64,000 bases of DNA from Leptogorgia sarmentosa (lineage: Eukaryota): the NCBI GenBank assembly GCA_964658305.1, contig OZ210885.1, forward strand, positions 17,546,001 through 17,610,000, written 5' to 3'. Shown here one piece after another: positions 1 to 10,556 of this stretch. A program made the position numbers and the translations under genes. A model generated the notes under the pieces. The model saw only the letters and a program-made list of their open reading frames with translations. It was not told the origin of the DNA and did no database searches. Each line of letters begins with the position of its first letter. The first letter of the stretch is position 1.

Positions 1-369
1 TTTATCTTGATTCTTGAAATGTGGGGATCGAACATCGTATAAACAAGGGAAATCCTGCCATAAATCTACCAATTTGTCTTCGAGAATAATGTCTGATACT
101 ATATCGCTTTCGGCCATCTTGCATTTTTATTTTGAAGAACGACGCATGCGCTTTATGAGCAAACCGTAAGCAAAGTGCCTTCATTCCCCGCACACGCGAA
201 GCATTTGACCATTCGTGACCAAAATTATCAAACATGTTTGATTTTTTTCTTCCATGTCACAAATGACCAAAATCTCTACATGCGTCGCCCGCACACAAGA
301 GCAACTGGCTTGCGCCAATGGTCACGAATAACATTTTGCTAAGCACATAGCTCTCATGTGCGCCGGCCT
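1..369. mobile_element. Terminal fragment of a probable Kolobok-type DNA transposon inserted at TTAA into the BEL/Pao gag
   Basis: Ends ...GCGCCGGCCT followed by TTAA (370-373), i.e. TTAA|AGG on the minus strand, the Kolobok terminus pattern. The gag ORF ends just past this junction. The other end is outside the window. Confidence 0.45.
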
Positions 370-373
370 TTAA

Positions 374-1457
374 CTGCGGGTTGTTGGACCCTCTCTTCGG
401 ATAAATATGTTCTAGGAATCTGCGATAAAGGTATACTAGTTGACTTTAGGGGTTGTTCGTACTGTATATACGTCTGGGTGGGTTGCAATCGCATATTACA
501 CTGCTCGTCTTGCCCTTTGGGTGAATAGGTCCCGGAAACCTGTTGTGATGGGATTTTGATTGACTGTACCGGTTGTTCTTGTTGAGGGTATGTCTGTGTC
601 AGTTGCAATGGCACATTGTACTGTTCAGCACACCCTTCAGGTGAAGCATGTGGTGAAGATGTATTAGCCCCTTGCACTATTTGCTCTTGTGGTGCAAATG
701 GTTGTGAAAGAGGTGATAGTCTTTGCCCTTGTTGATTTTCATGCTCCGAATTGTTATCTGCTTCTCTCTCATAAACATTCAAACTTACGATTGCTCGTTC
801 CTCCTCCATTTGGGCTTCCATATATTCTTTCTGGAAATTTAACTCTGTCATTCTTCGTTCGAGTTCGTGCTGTTTCAACAGTTGGCTTCTCTTCAACTGA
901 GCGAGCACTAACTGTTCTTTCCTTTTCGACACGCTTGAAGATTTTGAACTGTGACTTGACTTACTTGCCGAAGTTCGCCTTGATTTTCCCGAGAATGAAC
1001 TAGCATCCTCTCCCTTTTGTCTCGACTCTAGCGTTAGCCTCCTTTGCAAAGACATCACCATTTCATCCAAACGCATTTTTTTGGTCATCAGTTCTTTATA
1101 ACTTCGACTTGCAACATCCTTTTCCTCTTTGCTCACGAGTAACTCCATGTACTGTTCGTGTTTGCTCACAAATTCTCTCCAACATTCATCATAATGCTCC
1201 TTCCTTGCCTCGATATTATCCACTGATTCACCAGCATAAATTGCCTCCTGTATCCATCCTCTCGTCTCTGTGAGGGTGTTCATTAAGTGTATACGAGTCT
1301 TAAACAAAGCATTTATTTTCTCCCTTTCCATTCTTTCTTTTTCTAACCGAACACTTCTCCATGTTCCTTCAAGACATCCTTGTCCAGGTTCGGACCTGGC
1401 TGGGTTAACTTCAGTTGGTTCCTTCAGATGTGACGTCGGACACGATCGCACAGACAT
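374..1457 (-). pseudogene. BEL/Pao-type LTR retrotransposon gag N-terminal region (interrupted)
   Basis: ORF 354..1457: helical N-terminus, Ser-rich SSKSSHSSKSSS tract, then a coiled coil (KRKEQLVLAQLK...ELERRMTEL), as in BEL/Pao polyprotein N-termini. Lies downstream of an LTR-like segment. Confidence 0.6.
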
Positions 1458-2112
1458 TACTGTTGATTATGCAGTATGAGTTATAAGGTTATAACACAAA
1501 TGTACCCAGACCTTCAGGTGAAATTTACTCCAAATACTCGTTCTTAACGATAAAGTATAGTTCCAAGGCACCGTCCCTGACGGTAAAATACACTTGAATA
1601 TAAGTCAGCTCTTGCAAGCTAAATATAATCCCAAATAACCCGTTCCTAACGAGAAAACACAATTCGAATGCACCGTCCCCGACGATATAAATATACTTGA
1701 AATACACCGTCTTTGCCGAGAAAATATACTCAAACTAACCCGTTCCTAACGAGAAGATACCGTATAATTCGGATTCTCCGACTCTGACGATCAATATACA
1801 CTTAACTTTCCAAAACCACAATCCAATAAGCTTGTCCCCGCCACAAATGTACACTCCACATAGATTACTCCAAATAGCTATCCAAACGCGTAGAGATATG
1901 GTTCTAAACTGTTACTATAGTCCGACTATAGCTCCTGATCACAGATTAAACGACTGATATTGTATAAATTTATTTTATTACGTTTAGAACCGTTTGGTTC
2001 TACGACTAAACAAACTACAAACGCAACAAACATGGCCGCCCTATCCAAAATAATAAAAAATGCGTCCAATGTGTGTGCGCAAGGGGGGAACATCCATGCG
2101 GTAGCCACAGAT

Positions 2113-2440
2113 TGAGTCTATATAAATTAAAATATTAACTTGATGATAGTATAACAGTATAGTGTTTATTTCAAACGCACCTTGAATTGAAATGAAGAAT
2201 TTAAACCTAGAATACGATGATTTTCTTCCAAGAATTGAAACCAAAAATTGAAAATGACTATATTTACTACACTATAGTATTTGTACGGCATTTCCCGCGA
2301 TTAGATTTGTAACACGAGATGTCGTGCGTGTGGAGACTAAAAACGAGAGTGCCGTAAATATAGCCTGGCGAAGTCTGTTTACGGGCCAGTAGATATAGCT
2401 ACTTCGTAGTGTAAAAGCTCTAAAGAGGGGGTTTGTAACA
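2113..2440 (-). mobile_element. Probable 5' LTR of the BEL/Pao element
   Basis: Minus strand starts TGTTACAAAC at 2440, exactly where IS3EU transposase coding stops. It contains AATAAA, and a CA end near 2113 is followed by TGGCTACCGC (possible PBS). Inner boundary approximate. Confidence 0.5.
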
Positions 2441-3767
2441 TTCCTTGACACCAATGATGGAATTTAAGAGGTACCTATCTCTTTCCAAATGTGGATTGTA
2501 GTGCCCTTGGTCCTTTAACCAGTTTAAAGACTCTTTGAAATATTTCTCCATTCTTTCATTCAGTTCTTTCCACCATCTTTCAATCTTGATAAAGATATAT
2601 AAAGAATGTTTAAAATCTTAAGACATCCAAATTAAACAATAGTGCTTTTGAATTAAGTTGTACATTGGAATTGACAGATTGAATATCACAGCAGATCAAA
2701 TAGCTTGATAATTGGTCATTGTAAAATATCAGAACTAACTTTACCATGAACATTCAAAATTACAAACATTCAAAATCACATTTCAAAAGCAAATCGTAAT
2801 TGAGAGTAATAAACAAGTCATATACAAATTTCACTTGACATTATTTTGCTAAGCAGCCTTTATAGCATACTTGATTTGATGTTGATGGGCCATATATAAC
2901 TGAAGCAGAAGGATCGTCCATGTCACCATGGCCACTTCGAAGAAATGTGTGAATTGTAGCCATGATACCAGTTTCCGTGCCCTTGTCCAACCTCAACATT
3001 GAAGATATCGCTTTGGTCTCATAAAGGTATTCAAGATACCAACGACCAATTATCTTTGGAGCACTGTTTGTAACCCAGACACAGAACTGGCCATAATAAC
3101 TTCCTGCTGGCAGTATCCAGGCATCCGTAGATAGCCAAAGGGAACATGCTATTCTGGTACCCCATCATCTTGTCATGTCCATCTAATGAGTGCACCTGTT
3201 GTAGTTCATTATAAATAATTTTTTACAAAATCTCAGACTCGGTTATTTGTATAGTGACAATTCTTCAATGTGTAGGTGATAGCTCTTTTTAAAGTTATTT
3301 CATAGTCATCATAGTCATAAAAAGGTACGTACCCAATTAGGTCCTTTGCTCGTAAAATTCCCTTTTTCCCGAGCTTTCTTTTCTCCAACTGGTCCTTGTG
3401 CTACCAGACCATCTGCATCGAGCTCATACATGAGGGCATGAACTAAATCATGTGGGACGTTTAGGTTATGCTCTTGCTGCACTTTCTGATACATTGCTCT
3501 GTATCCCAAACGTTTTCCAGGCCCATCAAGTTCTTTCTGAGCAGCGTCTCTCACTTCTCCACCGACACATCTTTATCGTGGTAATATATTTCAAAATGGC
3601 GAAGACGCCTATCAAGTGTCCTAATGCTGCACGCGTACTGGCAAAAGTCTCTCTTTAGGGAGTCTAATATCTCTTGTCGTTGTAGCCCCTGTGTGACGTA
3701 TTTTTGCCATTTCCTTTTTTAGAAAATCGTCTTCTTTCCAACTGTCATTCCGATAGTATGCAGCCAT
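2441..3767 (-). pseudogene. Integrase-core (DDE) transposase, IS3EU-like, frameshifted
   Basis: MAAYYRNDSWKEDD..., GPGKRLGYRAM, GPNW|VHSLDGHDKMMGYQNSMFPLAIYGCLDTASRK, LDKGTETG, GPSTSNQ|IERWWKELNERMEKYFK. GT-AG introns at 3196-3332 and 2585-2870. Confidence 0.8.
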
Positions 3768-4033
3768 TTTAATAAAATAATATTTTGACAGTGTTTTGAT
3801 TTTGACCACATGCACTATTTTGACAAGCAATTGCGTAAGTCGGAAAGTGTCGGCCAACAAGCTTCGCCGAAAATTACATGCGCAGTCACAAAGCGTGCTG
3901 GCGTGTATGGCTGGCAAACATGGCAGTTCTCGGCCGTGAATAAATGATTTTTTTTTTCAATGGCAGTTCTCAGCCATGACTATTTTGTTCTCAATGGCAG
4001 TTCTCGGCCAGAGTGTTTTTTTTTACAGTTGTA
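2441..4033 (-). mobile_element. IS3EU-like DNA transposon copy 1 (one end plus transposase)
   Basis: Terminus TACAACTG on the minus strand at 4033 (TAY type). Three subterminal ATGGCAGTTCTC(G/A)GCC repeats at about 3920-4010. Contains an integrase-core transposase. Confidence 0.65.
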
Positions 4034-4088
4034 TGGGAAAATGAAAAAAATTTAAAAATCATCAGCACATTATCTAGTTTCTGTTGAA

Positions 4089-5140
4089 TTGAATCCTTTG
4101 AAAATTAGGGGTCAACGATATGATGGAGCAACTGTCATGTCAGGTGACAAAGGAGCTGTCAATGTTATCATCTCAGACCATTTGAAAGAGAATGGTGTTG
4201 AGTCCCTGAAATTAAGAAAAGCAATAAGCCCGAAATCTACTCAAACATATAAGCACTGTGGAATTCGTTATTTTGCTGAACACTTGGGAAAGAATCCTTT
4301 CTTCAATAAATCTAGCATCGAAAGATCTTCAAGCAGTGGATATGGATCTAGGAAAATCTGCCAGTGAATTTGGGAGAGTGTTGAATAGTGTTCAAGAGAT
4401 CAGAGGCCAATGGAATGAAATTCTAAGGGAATCTGCTTTTAAGTTTTTGCTCTTACAAAGTCGGCATTCCTGTATCCTCTTTTATTCAAAAGAGAACAAG
4501 AAGAGTTTGTAGCTTTTTTGACGAAGAAGTTAGAGATGAACCTATTACTGACCCAGATAAGAAATTCCGTGTGGAAGTATTCTTTAAAGTTATTGACACG
4601 GTTACATCGCAATTAGAAGAACGGTTCAAGGGTCAGACCTTTGTTGCTAAGACATTCAATTTTTTGGCACCAAAGAGCATATTGAAGATGACAGCTAATG
4701 AAGTCCGTTGTGCTGCAAATGATCTGGTTTCCACATACAAGTTTGACTTGTGTTCCAAGTTTGACTTGTGTTCCAAGTTTGAAATCCCAGAAGACTATGC
4801 TAATGATTTGACTCAAGCAGTTTTGTCAAATAGAACATGTTTCAAGGAAGAATTGCTTGGGATGACTGATAATTTGAAAAAGTTAGAGTGCAGTCGACAT
4901 TTTCAAACACCTCCATAAAGATGAGTTGATCACATCATATTCTAAGTTAATATCAGCATGTTTTTAACTCTACCTGTAACAGTTGCTACAGCAGAGAGGT
5001 CGTTCAGTAAGTTGAAAATAATTAAGAATTATCTTAGATCATCTATTGCACCGATTAGATGCGCTTGCCATGATCTCAATAGAGGCAGAGGAGGCAATAA
5101 AGCTTTCTGTTGCCAAAATGATTGACACGTTTATGGCAAG
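4089..5140 (+). pseudogene. Degenerate hAT transposase (ZMYM1-like)
   Basis: RGQRYDGATVMSG, FFKVIDTVTSQLEERF, and the C-terminal dimerisation motif LTLPVTVATAERSFSKLKIIKNYLRSS (about 4965-5043). Several frameshifts and deletions. Confidence 0.8.
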
Positions 5141-5319
5141 CCAATTGTAGCAATATTCAATAAACACATTCAATTTCAATTCAATGAAAAATGTAATGTC
5201 AATTCAATAAAAATAAAACTTCAACTTCAACTTCAATTCAATGAAAATTCAACTTCAATTCAATAAAAATTCAATTTCAATTCAATAAAAATTCTAATTA
5301 GCACTTTGACACTTGGCTA

Positions 5320-5472
5320 TATAACAAAACATTTATTTACTGAAACCTCAGCAAACAGCGAGTTTCCCCCCCTCGGCACTGTTGTTAAACTCGGCTTCGC
5401 CTCGTTTAACAACAGCGTCTCGTGGACACAAAACTCACTGTTTCCCTTTGTATCAACAAATAAATTATAAAT
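5320..5472. mobile_element. Short palindromic MITE (Crypton-like)
   Basis: Imperfect hairpin with arms CTGTTGTTAAAC / GTTTAACAACAG around TCGGCTTCGCCTC, and outer arms AAACAGCGAGTTT / AAACTCACTGTTT. Confidence 0.5.
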
Positions 5473-5880
5473 GCTGCCGACCGGAGGGAGGCAGCACACT
5501 ATTCTTGCCGTGGTAACTCGTGTCCAGACCTCTGCTGAGTTATGTAGAGTAGTCGTCGGAAATTGAGATTTGTTTCATGACGTAGGCAATTTTATGACGT
5601 AAATCAAGAGATCAGCTGGTACTGGATAGCCCAACTCTTGACTAACGAGGACTATTTTTGAAAGTTTTCGAAATTCGTAGCTGTTCGAAGTTTTGCTGCG
5701 ATCTTCAGGGCGTAGCTAGAGCGTTAATTGCGGGGGGGTGTATACAGGCGCGGATCTAGGGGTGGTCAAAGCGCTCAAGCGACCAACGTAAAATTTGCGT
5801 AACAGTCCAGTTATTGAGCGCATTGCGGTCAGTGGCTAAGAAATAAACAAAATCATAGTCCAGTTACAACAATTCGGTCA

Positions 5881-6856
5881 GTGCGTCAGGAATTTTTTGT
5901 CAACATTGTCGCTGATGAGATGCCCCAGAGATCTGCCGTGGAGGGTAATCGTGTTCCTCTTCCGAATTCGTTGCTAGGTGGTCGTCTTCCACGTGCCAAT
6001 ACGATTGTTTTGCATACACAAGCATTTCGAGATATTAGTGTGCGTGAGGTTCTGGAAGCTCTTCTCAAAAGTACTTCCAAAGATACACTAAAAACTGTGC
6101 AGCAGATTCCTGGACCGCGGTTTCGAGTGACTTTCCGTACGATGGAGTCTAAGAAGCTTTTTCTTGGCCGTGAGTTCTCTCTCCGTGGGGAAAGAATTAT
6201 TGTGCAAGAAATCGAACTACCCACGTTGGATGTGAAGCTCCTTTACGTGCCCAACGAGGTGTCAAATCAGACGGTTGCTCAAAAGATGGCCAAATATGGT
6301 AAGGCCCTTAGGGTGAACCGCGAAATGTACCGCGACTGGCCCGGCCTAGAATCTGGTGTTCGGGTTATTAAGATGACGGAGTTGTCTGAAGGCATTCCGA
6401 GGAAATTGTTTATTGGTCCATTCTTGGTGGAAACGCAGTATCGTGGACAGATTTCAAAATGCGGTCGCTGTGGGGAATTTGGTCACCGTGTGGCCACACG
6501 CACCGAGGTGAAATGTTTCAGATGTGGACAGAACAGTCATGTTCAGCGCCAATGTTTTAAGTGTCTCCTGTGTGGGCAATTTCGACCTGAATAGCCAGGA
6601 GCTATTTACTGCTACGACGCAATTCCAGCTATCAGAGAGCGATAACAACAGTGATGACCCCGAGGATGAGAATGATGAAGAGATTGAATCCGACCATGAC
6701 CCCATAATGCGCGACGACGATGAGGTCGTCCCTCGTGCTGATGTTGATTCGAGTAAAAGGAAATCAAGTGACCCCCTCTCCCCAAGGTCGTTGGCCGGCG
6801 CAGCACGGGAGATCAATCGGCAACGGTGCAAGCGAAGCAAGAAGAAAAAACGTTAA
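5881..6856 (+). pseudogene. Tx1/L1 LINE ORF1 (RRM-like region plus CCHC zinc knuckles, acidic/basic tail), frameshifted
   Basis: VKLLYVPNEVSN..., SGVRVIKM, YRGQISKCGRCGEFGH, CFRCGQNSH, CLLCGQF. Acidic tail ending KRSKKKKR*, with the ORF2 ATG just after it. Confidence 0.8.
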
Positions 6857-7183
6857 TACATCATGGAAGACTATGGTGGCCGATCGCAATCATTGAATAT
6901 TTTCAATTTTTTTATTAGAATTTGAAATATTTTCAAAAAATAATCTGAATTAAAATGAATACTTTCACATAATTAATTCAAATTAAAATAAAAAAATTTC
7001 ATTTTCAAATACTTTTCAAATATTTTTGTATTTGAAATGCAAAGTAAAAATATTTTGAAATCAAAATGAAATTCTATCGGCCTATCGCTATCACAATATA
7101 CCATAAAGCATTGCGGTCATCCTCGTTACCAGGAATGTTACCAGGCTGTTTATGTAACACTAACACCGCACTTTATTTAAAGC

Positions 7184-8465
7184 ATGGCTGACCGAGCGGC
7201 TTGGAAAAGTTTTAAAAAGCAAATGACTGCTAAAAGGGGTGCAAAAAAGAATACTACTGGGGTTAAAATTCTGGAGGGAGAATGCGTGACAGTGCAACGT
7301 TTAAGCGCAGAAGTTTCAGGCAAAGCCCAAAAATACACGAGAGTCGGTGCAAGAGAATTTGTTCCTTTTGAGTACGACGAAGTGACAGTCGAGAATAAAA
7401 GAAGCGTGCTTAAGCCATTACGACGTTAGTGAGAATAGTGTTTGTGATGTCTTAGCCGGAGAGCAAGGGCCATCGTGCTCAACGGTTAAACAAATACCAA
7501 ATTTAAACGTCGTTTATGTGAGATTCATTGATGGCGGCGAACACGAGGTGAATGCCATAGCAAACCCAAGAAAAAAGCGCAAGACGAACGTGATAAATGT
7601 TTCACCCAATACATCGCCAGTTAAGTCGACCCCGCAAGCCAGGGTAGCCAATGCCAGAGTAGCCACAACGAGTAAATTTATCCCACATAGTATGTCCGCT
7701 GTGGAAATGTTGAAGCTTGGTAAGGAGATAAAGTCAACACCGATAACTGAAGTACTGGTGTATCATTTTGACCTCAAGAAGTTGGCTTGGGACTCAACTC
7801 CTTTCAGAGTCAGCTTACAGATTGATGAGAATCCACTCGGCACAGGAGGGTTTCGACAGGCCTTCAAAGCCACCAGCAAAACCAAAGGTTTTGATCATGC
7901 AGAATGGGTTGTGAAAAAATATCTTTCCAAAACGGTTTCAGATATTGAAATGTTGGGTCAAACCGTTGAGCAACATACAAAGAAAATTGTTCAAATGCAC
8001 AGCCTTGCACAGAATTTCACAGCAAGATTACATCAGGAGATCACAGCTGATCTTGTTGGTAAATTTGGTCCAGTGTTCAAATACAACAAGATCTATTTTG
8101 GTATGTGCAAAGGTGAATGTGTTACTTTGGAGGAATTTATCCCTGGGACGTTCGATAAACATATCAACAATACTGGTGAAGTTTGTGGAGATGAAGAGTC
8201 AGAGATTTGCAAGAAAGCGCAATGCCTTGTGCATTATACTTATGAGAGATCCGAGAATCAATTAATGGTGATAGACATTCAGGGTTGTGGTTACACACTA
8301 TGTGACCCTGAAGTGGCAAGTAAAGAGGCTGAAACTGATGGCGAATATTTGTTTTGCACTGGGAATTTATCCATGAATGCAATTACCACCTTTACAAGGC
8401 TCCATACCTGTAACCAGTTTTGCAAACTGTTAAAGTTAGCAAGCTTGGAACAGTCAGATTCATAA
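7184..8465 (+). pseudogene. Alpha-kinase (eEF2K/MHCK/TRPM7 family) with an uncharacterised N-terminal domain; one frameshift near 7397
   Basis: LGTGGFRQAFKA, WVVKKY, VTLEEFIPGTFDKHINNTG, HYTYERSENQLMVIDIQG, LCDPEV, FCTGNL, HTCNQFC. The upstream frame IKEACLSHY...CDVLAGEQGPSC...YVRF runs into ORF 7518..8465. Confidence 0.9.
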
Positions 8466-8704
8466 CTGATCAACATGTTTTTGAACTATTACAGCTAAAA
8501 TAAGCTTAAAACAATCAGATTCATAACTGATTTGTTTTTGAACACATAGATACTTTTTATTATATCAAGGGAATACTTATAAAAGTTGGTTGTGTTAAAT
8601 TTTGCTATTGGTTTAGTTAATTAATAAAGTTGGAATTACATGAAACATTGATAATTTTCTTTCATGACCGTATACTATAATTATCATAATTCTAGTGATA
8701 GTTG

Positions 8705-10526
8705 TCATAATTCCAGTGAAAACTTTTCCCGAACATATAAATATGCATCAGTCCAATCATCTGGATTAATATCCTGCACATTTGGCAGCCATCGCTCACA
8801 CTCCTCTCTGATTGCTTCTTCCAGGAAGTCTACACCGCATTCCAAAACCCCAAAATAGTCTGCCACTTTTTCTAAATCATTTTCTGAAACTGGCCAACCT
8901 GAACACAATAAATGAGCTACAGTAAATTCATCTTTATCAAATAGTTGATATAATAAAATGTATCTATAAATGTTTGAACTTACCACAATCTTCAAAACCA
9001 TATTCCTCTGGGAAGGAATAGATATGATTTGGAACACCATTTGGTAGCTCAGTATCTTTTTGCTGACGAATTCTGTGTGTGTTCCACACAGTATCCTTAA
9101 AGGTATCCAACTCTTTGAAGAAGCGGAATAAGAATAAATGCCAGTATCATCCTTAAAAAGACACACACACTGGGTCACACTATAATGTATACAGTATTAC
9201 GAATATACCAACACTGAGTGTATGTAAGTGAATAAGATGATTTGGGAAATTTCCTAATTACATTTTGTTGATGAATCTCAAAAATATCTTGGTAGCAGGT
9301 GGTGAAATTTGAGGTAGAGAACAGTAACAGCCATCTTTAGAAGCCCTGTATGGAAGTTACATTGGGTAATTCTATGCAACAAAATGTGAGATCTATTACC
9401 TGTCTTTCTCATCATGTGGATTATAAAGATTTTCACCTTTAAGTCCAGAAAGTTGCTCTTTAAAATACTTCTCAAGCCTGTCATGAACTTCCTTCCACCA
9501 CCTCTCAATCTAACAGTATAGAAAGTTAATGATGACAACTTGTTGTTAAATTATAAATGCTTTTATTAGCATTTCCATCAAGTACCATGAATGATCAACA
9601 ATAAAATTAGGGGCAGTGAACTTTGTGTTTAGGATGGAAGGTAATCATACTGCCCTCCCTTCTTGAAATCACTGGGATACCGTACATGGTAAAATATATG
9701 CAACTGCGTATAAAACAAAAGAATTTCAGGTGAATACAAAGGTACCTATATTTGAAAAACTATTATATATTAGTACAATAATATTATCATTATCAACTGA
9801 CCTGATTGGATGTAGATGGCCCATAAAGAACAGTGTCACTAGCATCCTCAATGTCATGATTGCGGCGTAGAAAAGCATGCATCGTTGCCATTGTTCCTGT
9901 CTCAGTACCTTTATCCATTCGAAGGTAGGAAGCAATGACTCTTGACTCATACAGATATTCTAAATACCAGCGACCAATCAGGTTGGGGTCTGAGTTACTT
10001 GTCCATATGCAAAGCCATAGTAACTTTCTGCTGCAAGTGTCCAAACATCCATAAACAGCCAAAGGGAAAGTACTGTTTTGGTACCCCATGAGCTTATCAT
10101 GTCCGTCAACTGAATGAACCCAGTTTGGTCCTTTGCTCAAAAAGCATCCTTTGGCTTTCTTCCTTTTGGGTCCAACAGCACGAGATTCAAGGCCTTCCGG
10201 GTCCATCTCGTACATGACAGCATGAACGAGATCTCTTGGCACATTCAATCCATGCTCCTGCCTAACTTTTTTGTGCATTGCACGATAACCCAGAAGTTTA
10301 CCAGGACCACGAAGTTCTTCTCCTACAGCGTCACGCACATCATCGACAGATACATTTGTATCAATATAGTTTATATTGAAATGGCGAAGGCGTCGATCAA
10401 GGGTTGGTATACTCCACGCGTATTGAGGAAAATCGCGCATTAAAAAGTCCAGCATTTCCCGCCGCTTAATCCCTTGTTTTACAAACTTTTTCATCTCTTC
10501 TAGCTGACAATCGCTCTGCCATGCAC
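8705..10526 (-). pseudogene. Integrase-core (DDE) transposase of IS3EU-like copy 2, multi-exon
   Basis: GPNWVHSVDGHDKLMGYQNSTFPLAVYGCLDTCSRK, RMDKGTETG, GPSTSNQ|intron|IERWWKEVHDRLEKYFKEQL (about 9400-9509), then WNTHRIR...GVPNHIY. The 5' end abuts the TIR. Confidence 0.85.
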
Positions 10527-10556
10527 CAATGATAGCGATCGGCCACCATAGAAGAC

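Larger units (their letters stand above)
6872..10550. mobile_element. IS3EU-like DNA transposon copy 2 carrying an alpha-kinase gene
   Basis: 24-bp TIR TATGGTGGCCGATCGC(A/T)ATCATTG (6872-6895 / 10527-10550, 1 mismatch). Perfect 6-bp TSD GAAGAC (6866-6871 / 10551-10556). Removing it restores the Tx1 ORF2 start MEDLSIISLNVNGLR. Confidence 0.9.

Noticed and set aside
1525..1900. Imperfect repeats (CCCGTTCCTAACGAGAA, CACCGTCCC..GACG) as a structured RNA array
   Set aside because: They lie in the LTR element's 5' leader, where degenerate repeats are common, and I could not establish a consistent structure.
7184..8465. Host eEF2K/ALPK/TRPM orthologue
   Set aside because: Intronless, lacks the other domains of those genes, and is enclosed by TIRs and a TSD within a LINE.
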